Source of the DNA: Vicugna vicugna
Taxonomy: Eukaryota
Length of the DNA stretch: 64,000 nt
Direction of reading: 5' to 3'
Assembly (NCBI GenBank): GCA_013265495.1
Contig: MU058384.1
Coordinates: 5,886,792 to 5,950,791, forward strand
The notes under the pieces were generated by a model. It was not told the DNA's origin, ran no database searches, and worked only from the letters and a program-made list of their open reading frames with translations. The translations under genes and the position numbers were made by a program. Shown piece after piece: positions 50,352-64,000 of this stretch (position 1 is its first letter; each line of letters opens with the position of its first letter).

Positions 50352-51402
50352 ACATGTCCCATTACGCCTAGCAATTAGCATTATTTTTTTTTTAGATAAA
50401 CAAGAATTAAGTCCACTTATCCTGCAGTGATACATTTAGGCTGGGAAGGGCTGGTGGGTCAATAATGAACTTCGGGGTGTTTGTACAAACTCTCTAAGGG
50501 ATAGCTACCAGTTTGGGATCAAGATACAAAGAAGGCTGTTATTTAGGCAACTTGATGTGCAGTCTTGATGACAGAAGATTAATATGAATAATACTTTTTC
50601 CTCTTGACATTTTGTGTCTATTCCTGCGAATAAACACTTAGGGACAAATGGGTGGGGGAAATGACTTATTGTTGGATTCTACTGAGAAAGTCAGTTAAGC
50701 TATAACTTAAGCTGTGCCAAATTCTCCCCAAATATAAACTATATTCTGTGAGAAGAGAACATTTTTGAGAAACTGTATTAACTCTTTCCATAACAAGAGA
50801 AATATTTTGAATGTTACAGTTTCAAAGAACTAAATTGAAAACTAGTGGCTTGTGAGCACGTGGGAGTTACTAAATTTCTTACCTTACTTTTAAGAGAGAA
50901 CTTAGGCCCCAGAGACATCTGGCCAATTTGTTGCACACTTCTAACAATTTGTTCTGCAAGAGAGGCTATCTTTGAAAGATTTCAGTGCTAAGGAAAATTT
51001 ATCTCCAAAAGTAGTAAAATGCAGATTAGGTGTGGAATGTATCCTTGAACGTAAATCCTGGTTTATCAACTGATACATTTTCAGGAAGTTCAAATTTGAT
51101 TCAGTTGCACTTAGATGGAATAATTTGCTTCCTTTTTTATGGGAAGAAAAACATCAAGGCTCCTTTTGAACTGATTTCATATACCACCATCGCAATCTCT
51201 TTCCCGGGTAAGCGAGGGAAATATGTCTTTAAATCAAATTTTAATCCTTTTCTCATACTCCCCACTATATGACCAGGAGGCACACAAGCTGGCAAACTGG
51301 CAAAACTACCAATCCTCTCTTTTTTCCTTTATTTCTAATTAACACCTCCAGATGTGTTATCCTCTGTGTTTGATGGTAACAACCACTACTTCAACGATAT
51401 GC

Positions 51403-51594
51403 TGACCTTCTATGCAAATTGATGCCTCTTTCTCCATTGGACATCATTGCACTGTATCCTTTGCTGCTGATTGATTACTTTCCATCTTCTGCTCATAATG
51501 ACCTTCTATGCAAATTGATGCCTCTTTCTCCATTGGACATCATTGCACTATATCTTTTGCTGCTGATTGATTACTTTCCATCTTCTGCTCATAA
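51403..51594. repeat. 96-bp tandem duplication (2 mismatches)
   Basis: Units 51403-51498 and 51499-51594 differ only at ACTGTATCCT vs ACTATATCTT. Confidence 0.95.
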
Positions 51595-53159
51595 ACCCAC
51601 TGAACTCTGACTCTATTTTATTACATTTTAACTTATTCTGTTAAGTAAGCATTATCTCCTCTTACTTTTTCCAAATTATAATGATGTTGACCTATTATAC
51701 TTTGGCAGCCAAAGCGAATACAGCACTAGTGAGTGAGACTGGTGACTACCCAAGGATGTCAGTGATGGTGCTGTCATCCTTGCCCAGCATCACGTATGAT
51801 CAGTATTCAGAAGTCCTCTTGATGTTCACCTAACACTCCCTCTCCTTTTCACATTTAATTCAGTGAATTGTGGCACCAATGCTTCAGCACTGATTTGAAG
51901 CTGGCAAACAACAACAACAAAGCCCAAAGAAAGACTCACCATGGTTTTTATATCCAAGAGGTAATCTTGCATCCCACGAACTCTGTAGTGTAACTCTGCA
52001 AGCAACCAAGTCTGTGCACGTGAAGGACAGAGTTTACCTTAAGGAGCAAGTGAGCTGAAGGAAACTCAGGCAGACAGTGACAGGCAAATCCAGTTTAATA
52101 TCCACTTAAGTCTCCTGACACTAGCATATTTTATAAGACCCACTCAGTATTAGGAAAGGTGGGAGGGAAACCTGAACACCTCTCCAGTCAGGTACCAGGT
52201 GAAGTTCTTTGCCTCCATTCTCCTATTTTATGTAGAATGTCTCCTTTCTGTTGTCACCACTGAAGAAGGAGCTGCTATATGAAATAATAGAAATCTTCAT
52301 AGATATGTGTGTCAGAGGCTTTCTGCTCATAACAATAAAGTTCTAGAAAAACTTGCTTGAGTGATGACTTTTCTCTGTCTTAATGGAAAGCCTGAGCAAA
52401 TACCTCCCAATTTTTCCGAAGAGAATAAATCTTGTGGATTATGTGAAGGATACCTACAAGGCATTATATATTAATTATGGTTTATGGATGGCAATAAAGC
52501 AAATAGAGGCCAATTTACTGTCAGCCCTCTTCCCATCAGATTAGGAAAAGATGGGCCCTGAAATCACAGCTTCCTTCTGGTAATTATCACCTTGTAATTA
52601 TGTCCCTGTGGCAGGTGCTCTTGGCTTCGAGGGGCCAAGGGTCATGGGATTTAGATCCCCTGACCTGCAGGAAAGTACTTAGACTGTGACTCCCGACTTC
52701 AGGAACATGCACTATCTCCGAGTGATGCAGTACTCTAAAGTAGAACCCCAGAGTAATTGACTGTTAGAATTGGGAATGGGAGGATTTGAGAACCCAGGAG
52801 GCCTTAAATGGTCAAGAATTCTGTGCAGGTCATGTAAGTGCTCAGCGACAGTCTTGCCACTTGAATCTGTGCCTTGATTTGCCTTGTAATGCGCCTACCA
52901 CTAAGCCAAGATTGCTTTGAATTGCTTTTCCTATTTGAATAATAGGAAAAAATGGGTGAGAAAACTTATATTTCCTATTTAGTAACAAGGGTCTGTAGCA
53001 ATTGAACTCTGAACTCAACAAAATGAAATAGATTTGAGCCCACCCGGGGGATCATGGTTGGAACCCTGTCTAAAGGGCTGAAGGAATGTAAGTTCCAAAA
53101 CGACCTTGTTAAAATAAAATCTCATCTCTATCATGGGAGCTTGATGGGCATCCCGGGGC

Positions 53160-53820
53160 CACTCATTCAATGAACATATCCTCAAATCTACCCTCTTCTC
53201 TCCATCTCCCCTGCTAAACACTGGTTCAAGTCGCCAAAGGCTTTTACTCAGATGACTGCAAAAATCTCCAAAAGGATCTTTTTGCTTCCACACTTGTCTT
53301 TCTAAAATCCACTTCAACAGATTGATCCAAGTCATTTCCCTGCTTAAAATCCCTCAAAGCTTCTCACTGTGTTTAATAGAAAATCCAAATTCCTTGTCAT
53401 GGTTTACATGACTCCTTGTTCACCACCCTCCAACCACACTGGCCATGTCTGTGTCCCTCAGAAACCCTGTATCATTGCCACCCCAGGACCCTTGGCCTTG
53501 CCCCTCTCCTTGTTTGGGTACTCGTCTCTGGCTCTCTAAATGGTGGAATCCTTACTTTTCAGGTCTAAGATCAAGGGTCCCCTTCCATGTAAGAACTTCC
53601 CTGAGCATCCACGATGCATATTGCTCTCCCATCATCCTATTTTACTTATTCATAATAATAGTAGCCAACAGTTACTAAGCGTTCAATACAACCCAGGCAC
53701 TGTTGTAAGCACTTTCCAGATGAGCTCGTTTAATTCTAATAACTACCTTATGAGGTAGGAACATTAAAGAAAAGATGAGAATACTCAAGCACAGACAGAT
53801 GAAGAAATGGGTTTAAAAAT
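53160..53820. mobile_element. LINE-2 fragment followed by a MIR fragment
   Basis: CCCTGCTTAAAATCCCTC..AAATCCAAATTCCTT (L2); CCAGGCACTGTTGTAAGCACTTT..ATGAGGTAGG (MIR, minus). Confidence 0.6.
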
Positions 53821-53829
53821 TCACAACGG

Positions 53830-55130
53830 GTGTTCCAAGTGTCTCCTGCTGTGTAACAGCCCAAATGAATGACAAGCTAGTATCATTTCTCTTGGTTTTG
53901 TGGATTGACTGGACTCAGCTGGTTGGTTCTCACTTGAGGTCTCTTATGCAGTTGCAGCCAGAAGGCATCTGGAGTCATCTGAAGGATTAATTAAGCTGAA
54001 CATCAAAGGTGACTTCTTCCTTCATACACCTGGGGTCTCAGTGGGGACTGGCTAGAACAGCTAGAGCCTGGCCGGGCACCTCTCCCCATGCAGCCTTTCC
54101 ACACCTCTTCCTCAGCCTGGCAGGCTTGGGCAGTTGAACTTTGTCCATGGTAGCTGACCCCCTTCTGAGTGAGCATTCCATAACACCCAGGTAGGAGGTG
54201 AAAGTCTTCTTGTGACCTAGCCTTGGAAGTCACACAGCATCTCTTCTGCTTCATTTGATTGGTCAAAAGTGAGTCATCTGGCCTGCCCAGATTCAAGGGG
54301 AGGAGCCTATGCAAGAGGAGATATGGTTTAGTGTGTGGGGGAGAGGGGGGCATCATTCTTGGAGGCTGGCCTCTACAGTGAATAAATGGCAAAGTCTGGA
54401 TTTAAAAACAGGCAAATCAGACTCTTAGAGCCCTCAGTTTAAACTACTGTTGCTGTTTTGAAATTATTGTGTTTTATTGCATTTACTTTGTTATTGTCTC
54501 TATGCTTCCTTTCCTCCCCTCTCACTATAATGAGAGCTTCATGAGTTCAGAGACGTTGTGTGCCTGGCTCAGTTGTGTGCTCAGAGCCTAGAGCAGGGCT
54601 AAGGCATAATATGTACTTAATGAACAGTTATTGAATGAATGGGTGAAAGTTCTAGACCACAGCATGTGGAAGGCACATTGTAAACTGTAAGATACGCGCA
54701 TTATTTAAATGCACTAAACACAACTCCAACATACAATGGCTCAGGCAAGCCACAGATTTACTTCTCTCTTTCTTGTAATGCAGACCTTGGCAGGTGGTCC
54801 AAGGTGAAAGGGTGGCTCTGCTCCACAAAGATACCCAGGGACCCAGGTTCCTTCAGACTCGTTACTCTGCCATCCTTTGGCAGGTGGATGCCTTCACATA
54901 CATAGATGAAGTCAGCTTACTCATCAGCCCTCAAGAAGGGGAAAAAAAGGTGGAGGGCAAGCAGGTTCTTTATAATAATCTAATCTGGGAGTTATACACA
55001 TCACTTCTGCTCCCATCCTATTAGCCTCTTTAGCTGCAAGGAAAGTTTCAAAATTTAATCTCTAAATACGCTCTGCTAAACTCAGAGTTGAGTCCATTAG
55101 TTAAAAAGAGAGGGAGCCCATTTAGTCTCT
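53830..55130 (-). mobile_element. Old MLT1 LTR fragments (two) with an intervening L2 3' end
   Basis: GGACTCAGCTGG..TCTCACTTGAGGTCTCT..GGAAGTCACACAGCAT; CAGGGACCCAGGTTCCTTC. Confidence 0.55.
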
Positions 55131-55609
55131 GCTAGTGTATTTGCAGCATAAAGGATGAAGTTAACCATAGAGAGAGTAGAATATTTTGTTTGGTTCTGAT
55201 AGAAAACGCAGATCACAAATGCTCTGTGAAGTTTATAATTTGTTCATCTCAAGTATCAGTGGGCTTCACTTCTTAGTTGGAGCTTAGAATTAGTTGGAAG
55301 ATATTTAACAACCTACCTCTGACTACATGAACTGAGAACATTCATCCGTGTGAGTCATTCCAACTAACGTCATTAACTTGGTAAAACGTTTTTTTTAGTT
55401 ACTGTTTTTGAGGAATGACTAGTAAAAATATGCACATGTTAAGGCTGTTTACTACCCACTATAGGCCTTAACTAAAGCCCTCTAAGTTGCTTGTTTAATT
55501 TCTATTGATCCGATCATGCAGCAGGTATGCATATAAGGGTTTAGAGCAAGTGGGAAGTTTCTGGTTTTTTTTTTAAATTATATGTCTGACGTACTTTTAA
55601 GGCTTGATA

Positions 55610-55997
55610 ATAGTTTACCATTTCAGTCAGCAAAATACCGTAGATAAGGTGGCTTAAACACAGACATTTATTTTCTCACTGTTCTAGATACTGGACGTCA
55701 GAGATCAGGGTACCGGCATGGTTGGTTACTGGTGAAAACTCTCTTTCTGGCGCCCAGATGGCCACCTTGTTGCTGTGTCCTCGCGTGGTCTTCTTTCCTC
55801 TGAGTACTTCCAAAGAGAGAAACAGAAAATTCTCTCTTCCTTTCCCTATAAGGACACCAATGCTATTGGACCCACCCTTCTGACCTCACCTCACCTTAAT
55901 TACCTCCTACAAGCCCTGTCACCAAATACAATCACCAAGGGGGTTAGGGCTTCAACAGGAATTTGAGGGCAGGGAGGATACAAACTGGTCCATAGCA
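55610..55997 (-). mobile_element. MLT1A-like LTR
   Basis: GGTGGCTTAAACAC..CATTTATTTTCTCAC..TATAAGGACACCAAT..GGGGTTAGGGCTTCAACA. Confidence 0.75.
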
Positions 55998-58009
55998 TTT
56001 ACCTTTGGAAATTATAACTGGAAAAGTGGTTTACCTTACTGATTATTATTTCCAACTTTCAGTCTACTCAGGATATACCTAAGACGCTTCTGTCATTTGA
56101 GGGTTTACTGTGTTCCAGTGTTGTTATACCGGCCACAATGACAACAGTAAGACCAGGAAGCCACAGGCTTTGTTAGCCTTGGTTTTCTTTTTTGAGGACT
56201 CATTAGGATGAAGAGCTTTAAATCCATACTCATGGACTATGACGAAGAGGGTCATCTGATACTCATTCTTAAAATTTGCCAAGGGCAATCCTCCTAGAGA
56301 AAGGAGGACCATTCTTTAGTTAGAAACTTGAAATCAATTCTAAAGAACCCATTTAGGAATTTAGGAATTCTTCATCCAGTGCATTTGAGTATAGCACACA
56401 GCTCCCAGGACAGAAATAGACATGGGTTAGATCAATTCAGTAATAAAATTTGCTTTTCTTTTTGTTGTTGTTACTCTATAGACAAAACAAACAGTTGATT
56501 GACTGTACTGGGGTCTCTTTAACTGGTCACTCTGACATATTTTAGATAAAGCCAGTATTATTTTCAGCTAGAATGTGAGGCAAATACTAAACTGCCCCTC
56601 ATATGAATAAGCTCTTTTTTCTTTTAACCCATTTGCAAAACTAACCACCATGAGACAATCTACTCAGGAAAGATGGATATAACACTTCTCAAGTGAATTT
56701 GAGCAGAAGAGTGAACTAAACATTGGATGGATAATATAATGCTCACCTTCTATTAAATTATAAAACATGAATGTTCTTAACAGAATTATGATCTTTATTC
56801 TCATGTTTTTCTCTTATGTTATAGTGGCAAGTAGACCATCAAGGGACTGGGGTCTAAGTTCTGCTTATATAATGAACTAGTTGTACGAACTTGGACAAGT
56901 CCCTGAACTTAACTTTGCTGGGTCTCGGTGACTACCTGTTTACCCTGGTGATAGCAGGGAGGGGTCTGTTAGTGTCTGGGGTGTGTTAATTTAGATGATA
57001 TATATAAAATGACTTAGTTTAGTGCTTAACATATGGTAAACAATTATAAATAATGGTTGTTGTTGTGATGGTGGCTGTTACCACAACAATGATTTCTATG
57101 GTCCTTTATAACAGGTGCATTCCACTTTTTTTTTCCCATTTTCATTTCAGGCTAGGGGTAAGATGACAAAGAATATGACTTGCAACAATAACAACAACAA
57201 CAAAGAACTCCCTTTCTAAAAACTAAGCCCTAAAAATGTGTGAGGAGGAGAGGAGTAATTTCAGTAAAATCTAGAATCCTATTATTTTCCATGAAAAGCA
57301 GCTCATAATGGCAGACACAAAATTAAAAATCTATTCAGTATTTAGCTATAAATACTTTAGTCTTTCCCTTCACTTTCCAGTGATTTAAATGATTATTTCA
57401 CTAGCAATCATTCTTTTTTCCTCCAAATTAAATTTATAAAGCCCAGACCACGGTGGAATAAAGATATGGCATGTTTGTAAAGGCCTCACAGTAGGTCACC
57501 GGTATCACCAACTATTTGACCCCAGAGGTAGAAATCACAACTTTTTTTTATCATGCAAATAGTTACATTAAAAAAACAAGGTGTCAGCAAAGATTAACAT
57601 GCAGATATGATTCTATTTATTTGGGATATTTATTTAAAAATCGATGCTGGGTTAGCATCTCTTTGATTTTTTTTTTGTGATTTTAAAAAGTGACAAAATT
57701 CCATGAAAAAAAGATTTTAACTTTTGCTCAGGTGTGAGTCCAATTCTAAATAACTGTTTGAATTCTGTAGAAAAGAATTCACAACGTAGATGATCTGCTG
57801 CCTATTCTTTGGCATTGTATTACTAACTTTGAAAATTAAATAGCAGTAAAAAAAAAAAACAAAAAAACTTGTTCTAACTGAAAGCCAAAATGGTCATATC
57901 TTAGAATCCTGGCCTGTAATTTCATTCTTATAAAGTCCGACAGCTTGACTATCCTTATCTCTTGTATACATGACTGAAGAATGAATTTAGAGATTTTAAA
58001 GCACAAGAC

Positions 58010-58458
58010 TTGCATTAGTTTCCTTGGGAATCTGGGACAAATTACCACAAACGGATTGTATAAAAGAACAAAAGTTTATCCTGTCACATTTCTAGAGACC
58101 AGAAGTCCTAACTCAAGGTGTTCATAGGACCACACTCTCTGAAGTCTCTAGGGAAGAATACTTCATTTCCTCTTCCAGCTCCTGGGAACCCCAGGTGTTC
58201 CTTGGCTTGTGGCTACTTCACTCCAATCTTTATCTTCATCTTCACTGGGCCGTCTGTCTGTGTCTCTCTCTCTGTATCCTTTTCCATCATTTACAAGCAC
58301 ACTTTCATTGAACTTAAGGCCCACCCCTATCTACTGTGATTCTGTTTTGATCTTTACCTTAATTATATCTGCAAAGATCCTACATCCAAATAAGATCACA
58401 TTCTGAAGTTCAGGGTGGCACATGAATTTTTGCAGGGAACACTATTCAACCTGCTACA
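58010..58458 (-). mobile_element. MLT1C-like LTR
   Basis: TGCATTAGTTTCC..ACAAATTACCACAAAC..ATCTGCAAAGATCCT..CCAAATAAGATCACATTCTGA. Confidence 0.75.
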
Positions 58459-59316
58459 TGTTTCCATTTTTGCTTTGTGACTTACGCTACATATGACCAC
58501 AAGCAAAAGTCTCAGGTTGGGATTCAACGGAGTGAGAAAATCAAAGTGGGTAAAGAACATATTTAGTCACTGGTTTGCAACATGAAGAAATGTATTAGAG
58601 TTGCATTGGATCTTTACATATATGGAAAGTGGAGCCAAACTTACTTCTGGTGATGGTGGGAAAACCCTTAATCAATAAACCAACCAAACACCCAAAAATG
58701 CCTTTTTGAAGGACTCTGTTGAATAAACATTTTAAACTTTTAGAACAGGAGGAAAACATAATTATGCCTCTCTAATAATATATTTACCTATGATTTCCCA
58801 TTAAATGGAGACTATTAATAAAATCATGAAGCCTTATTTTTAGTCTTACTAAAATACATGCTTTTTAATTTTAATTTTCATATAGGTATTCATGTGCATA
58901 TATATTTCAAGACTCATAAAATATCAAATCTTAAAAAATCATCTAAGAACTGAACCAATAATTGCATGTATTGCTTATCATTTTGCCTTTAAAAGGAAAA
59001 GAATTGTTTAAGTATAGTCTCCTGTAATGTCGAGAAAAGCATGAAAGGCTTAAATGTTTCACCTTTAAGTTTTTGTTTTCACCAAGTAACTCTATTTGAT
59101 TCCAATTATTTTGCATTCTTAGCTCCCTGTTAATTGCCTTCCTTTAAAATGTGTACAAAGTCAATATCTTTGCTAGATAATCATAGAATAAATGTAGTGT
59201 CCCTTTCCATCCCTGGTGGACTTTTATCTATTGGACCAAAAGCCTCATAGACTTCTCAAACGATAAAGAGATAGCCTTAGAAACATTACTTAAATTATGC
59301 AAATTAGATGGTATGT

Positions 59317-59322
59317 CTTTCT

Positions 59323-59374
<52 letters not shown>

Positions 59375-59428
59375 TTTTCTTTCTTTCTTTCTTTCCTTCT
59401 TTCTTTCCTTCTTTCTTTCTTTTTTCTT
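59317..59428. repeat. (TTTC)n tetranucleotide microsatellite
   Basis: Directly visible; explains the low-complexity ORFs here. Confidence 0.95.
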
Positions 59429-62400
59429 ATTTGTGCTAATAGTTCTCACTGTGGAAGAAAGAGATGCTTGGTCAAGCAAATGTCTTGTTTTCCCTTTGGG
59501 CTTTTTCAATTTGTGTTGTTACCTTTATACATATCCTAAAAGGTCAGGCATATACTCTCCTTTTAAGATTTTTAAATAAATCTTTAATCTAAAAGATGAC
59601 ATGAATATGGTACAACAAATAAAAATTTGTTCTGGGCATAGGCAAGTGTCTACATTGTTTGGTTGTTTGGTGGGGGTAGGAGCCAGTGAGGCTCTCAGTT
59701 CACTCCATTCAGCTACCTTGCAGGCTCAATGGTTTTCCTGTCCCATCTCTGCTCACACATCCAGCTCACTGCTCAGTAGGAGATAGTTAACCCTGAATTT
59801 CTCATCTTTGTCATAGTATAACAAACTCTTGACATACACAATGTTTTCATCTGAACATTGACAAATAGATACTAAGAAAATAATATCTGTTCTTTACAAA
59901 GCACCATTAATTGTAAAATTGAAAATAAGTAAATCAAATAGCTACAAATGAGAGAAAAGTGTGTTTGAGTCAAGGATTCCATTGTGAATACAAAAGTTCG
60001 CAAAACCTTAATTTAAGGATCTTCTGAAAGTAAGAGAGCAGATATGTCTTCTGGTACTTGTCTTTAATTATGGCATTTATGGTGATCTGTTAAAATGATT
60101 ATTTAGTAATGATTTTAATCAGCTTCTAATCGCAGTGACCTGTGTGACTGCTTTCTACAGTTTTAACACGGGAATAAAAGTATGTTTCTATTCTTTCCTT
60201 GCAGAGGTGTTGTAAGGCCCTTCATTTGCATTGCAGGTTTGTAAGACTTATGGAATGCCTTAAGCAGCCTAGATAGGGCATGGGACCATCATGCAATGAG
60301 CTGTCTGGCTTCTGTGAATGTATATTTTAATGCTTTGTGTTCTTTTAGAAAATATAATTGCAGCACATGACCTTGATGGGTTGAAGACAGGGTAGGAATG
60401 ACAAGCAAATCTTTTTTGTCCACAGTTCTCTTGTCATTATGAGTTCATTGGTGAGATATGAGAACTGACTTAAATTTTGAACAGCATCTTATGCTAACAT
60501 AGAAATCCACTGAATCAGTGAGAGTAATTCTAAAGAGTGACCTTCCTGAGGAATTTTCTAGATGTAATATCATCACTAAATTATTTAGTGATGTTTGGCT
60601 CAGATGTGTATGTATGTGTGTGTGTGTGTGTTTTTAAAATAAAACACTGGCATATAAAAACAATTCACATTTTATTAGACTCCCATCTTTGATACTAGAA
60701 GTGCTATTGACACATACCATATGAGGCTAGTTAAAAGAATAATATTAAAGGAATAAAGCAGTCTTTCTCACTTCCTAGAATACTCATGAATTTTTAAATG
60801 AAGTGACTGATGTCTATTTAAAAAATATTCAGAATTCCATAGAAACTCACAGCTGCTGAGAAACCAACAATCTGGAATAAGATTCTATTTTTTTATAACA
60901 TTAAAGAAAAATGTCATGCAAACTAGGCTGAGGGCTATTTGTGAGAAGGTCGAATTCTCTGTCACCTCACAATTCTCTTCACAGGGAAAATGTTGAGATG
61001 ATAATGTCTTTTTCTGACTGCTTATTTCTGGAACATTAAACTCTACACACATCACTTACATTGTTTCTACAGATGCAAAACCAGTAGAACTTTCATCCTT
61101 AGGACAACCCATGCCATTTTTTTCCTCCTGAAATATCAAGATAACTGAGACAAAACTTGTATTTTGGAAAAGAGCTTCAATTATCTAAACAATTGCCTTC
61201 CTTCTCTGCTTCACAAACAGAAATTATAAAGTTTTAAAACTACTTTTAATTATTTTAGCTTTCTTTTCTTATATTTCAGCTTGAGGTCTGTTCATATTGC
61301 GATAGAAAGGCTCTGTTTCATTTAAAATTATGTTCAAAAGAGTGGGATCAATCTGGCTAAATCATTCTTTTATTCCTGGTTTTCTTTGAAGATATGTTTG
61401 GTGCACGATGTCCTATTTCAATTAACAACTACCACGTCAGGAAACAAACTCAACTGAGAGTTGCAAACTGGTGGAAACACAAAACTTAAAAGCCTCTGAC
61501 AAAAGGAAAGAGGATTTTAAAAGGAGGAGGCAAGACATAAGTTATCATGAGGGCTGTGGGTAACTCTATAGTGTTAGGAGCTATTGACCTGTCCACTGAG
61601 TTACTGAAACCTCTCCGGGAGCCCCAGGAAGGAAAATAAAGTGTTAGTAGAAGTTTCCTGTAATCCTTCCTCATCATGACATAGGATCCCTTGGGAAATC
61701 TGCTGCTGTTTTAGGACTTCTCATGTATATGGAGCGGTGATTATCTCCCCAATGTCATGTTCTAGGCCCTTTAGCAAATAACCCGCCTCATTCTCACTCA
61801 GACGCCGTCTGCAACGGCAGATCTTCTCAAGTTGCCAGGTCTCTCCCGTTCTAGTTTTACTTTAAAATGGGCACCAATCCGTTTCTGTAAATGTTAAAAG
61901 TTAGCAGACTGAAGATGTTTTTCAAAAGTCCAAACAATGAATAGATTGCCTTAATTAAGTGAAATCAAACAGCAACAACAAAAGAATCAGATTTAGTATT
62001 TTAGAGACATTATGACAACATTTCAATTTTTAGCAGCTTTATTGAGGTATAATTTACATACCACAAAATTTGTTTCGTATTTGGCATAGCATGGAAACAG
62101 GTACCCAACGAAGGGACCTAACTTTGACTTTACTGTTAACAGCTATACATGAAGTGTTTGAAAGAGGAACAGTAAGTATTTTCTGAAAGGTACTTCTGAA
62201 AAGCACTTTTGAAAACCTAATGGAGTAAGATGACTAGTTCCTTGTAGTTTCTACTGGGGTTTCTTATGAAGAGAACACTGCAGTCTGTTCTAGGAAGGCT
62301 GTAATAGAAAGTTGGCTGCTTTTTTTTTTTTTATCTCAGTAACGCCTGAGTGAGAAATTATGCTCCTACTGTGATCTGTTTACACAGACACTAGATATAA

Positions 62401-62479
62401 TCCCGCCCCTAATCTCCCAGGTTACATTAAGCATGAGGAAAGAGGGAAAAAATGAACACCAATACTAGCAGGCTAGAAA

Positions 62480-63180
62480 ACAAAGACAATAATATATAGC
62501 AGGGAAAATTATACGAACTGTAGTTATATGCAATACTATAGATGAGTCACAGGAACATAATGTTGAATGCAAAACCAAGCCATAGAAGACTGCATATACT
62601 ATGATTGTTTAGGGATATATGTATATGTAATATACAATAATAGATAATGTGTATATATATAAAATAAATTACATAGAAACATATGGGAATGTTGAACGCA
62701 AATTCGGAATAGTGATTTTTATCTAGGGTTAATAAAAGGATGTGACCGAGGAAACACAAATAAATTCACTGGTGTTGGCAATGTTCTAGGTTTCTATCTC
62801 GAATGGTGGTTCCGAGTGTTTGTCTTAGTCCATTCGGGCAGCTGTAATACAATACCACAGACTGGGTGGCTTAGAAACAAGAGAAATTAATTTCTCACAG
62901 TTCTGGAGGTTGGGAGGTCCAAGGTCAAGGCACTTGTGGCAGATTTTGGGTCTGGTGATAGCCTGCTTCCTGGTTCCGTCTTTTTACTGAGTCCTTACAT
63001 GGTGGAGGGGGCTACGGAGCTCTGTAGGGTCTTTTTATAAGGTCACTAACCCCATTTATGACAGTTCTGCTCTCATGACCTAATCACCTTCCCTAAACCC
63101 CACCACCAAATGCCATCATGTTGGGTGCTGGCTCTCAACATACAGATTTGCAGGGGAAACAAATATTCAACTTAGAGTAA
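62480..63180. mobile_element. Old L1 3' fragment followed by an MLT1A-like LTR (~62821-63180, minus)
   Basis: GATGAGTCACAGGAACATAATGTTGAA (L1ME-like); TGTCTTAGTCCATTCGGGC..AATACCACAGACTGGGTGGCTTA (MLT1). Confidence 0.7.
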
Positions 63181-64000
63181 TATTTTAATTACTATGTTTC
63201 ATAACTTACATATGTATTGCATACTTTTTTAATGTGTATCGATAATTATATAATTATATCATTGCATGGTACAAACCATGAAATAAATCCAATACAACCC
63301 CATGAGTTTTATGAAGTTCCTTAACTTACGTCTTCTTAAATGACATAGAAACAGTTCATAAGTCATTCTTTGATAGTATTGAATATTTCAAATGTTAGCA
63401 TTCAAAAGAAAATATACTCTCCACTTTCCAGCTGTCTGCCAGGGAGAACCACCTACTGAAAATGATAACTTCAGTGAGGGCAAAGAATTTTTTACCGACA
63501 ATGTTTTTGGAGTTCATTGCCTTTGGGATTGATTACTCAGTTCTCTTTCTCATTCACCTTTCAGGACTTTTCACTACTCATTAAGCACCTCCATTAGAGA
63601 GGAGGGCAAGGAAAGGAGAGGAGGTGAAATTCAAACCTCCCAGTGTTATTTCAGTGTTGGTTAGCAAGCTGTGCTGGTAAGAGCTATAGGATAGACACTG
63701 AAGTTAATGGCCATGCTTAAAAAATTTTTTGTTGTTTATGAAATTGGCTTTAAGATGTTCTTTCATTTAGAGTTCCAAATAAAAATAAGCTTTTTGATGA
63801 GTCTTGCATCAAGAGACAGAAAACCCATCATGATTTAAACAAAGGGGAATTTATTTGCTCTTATCGTACGAAGTCCAAGGGCATCGTTGGTTCAGCATAT
63901 TGAGGATTAGTGCTCAGATTCATTGCTAGAACATAGCCCATGTTTCTCCTCTGCCTTCTGCTAGGTTATTTCTGTATCGGGGGCAGATGAAATCAGAATT

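Noticed and set aside
51419..51610. 63-aa ORF with a repeated hydrophobic peptide
   Set aside because: A by-product of the 96-bp duplication (a multiple of 3), with no promoter or splice context.
59228..59579. Lys/Glu/Arg- or Phe/Leu/Ser-repeat ORFs
   Set aside because: Translations of the (TTTC)n microsatellite.

Overview
Mammalian genomic DNA, most likely a camelid: five copies of a tRNA-derived SINE resembling camelid Vic-1 are present. The window matches the TBPL1-TCF21 locus, syntenic with human 6q23. The complete bHLH gene TCF21 is on the minus strand (coding exons 47830-47381 and 45665-45576, 179 aa). It has a proximal 3'UTR and splice/poly(A) signals for a second, spliced long 3'UTR (44189 to ~41770). 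A CpG-island promoter and 5'UTR exon at ~12.7-14.1 kb (minus strand) are assigned to TBPL1 by synteny; its main coding exons lie beyond the left edge. The rest is intronic or intergenic and rich in decayed repeats (L1, L2, MIR, MLT1, ERV-L/MLT2, MER5, MER82), often nested. I found no prokaryote-style novel system, and almost all of the ORF track is spurious. The best leads are a 41-codon uORF in the TBPL1 leader with a hydrophobic core and Arg-rich tail (below the ORF-track cutoff), a TCF21 3'UTR isoform switch that removes a miR-92-family site, a divergent CTCF motif pair between the two genes, and a recent 96-bp duplication that doubles octamer and PBX-HOX motifs upstream of TCF21. Repeat family names come from recalled consensus sequences, and repeat boundaries are approximate.
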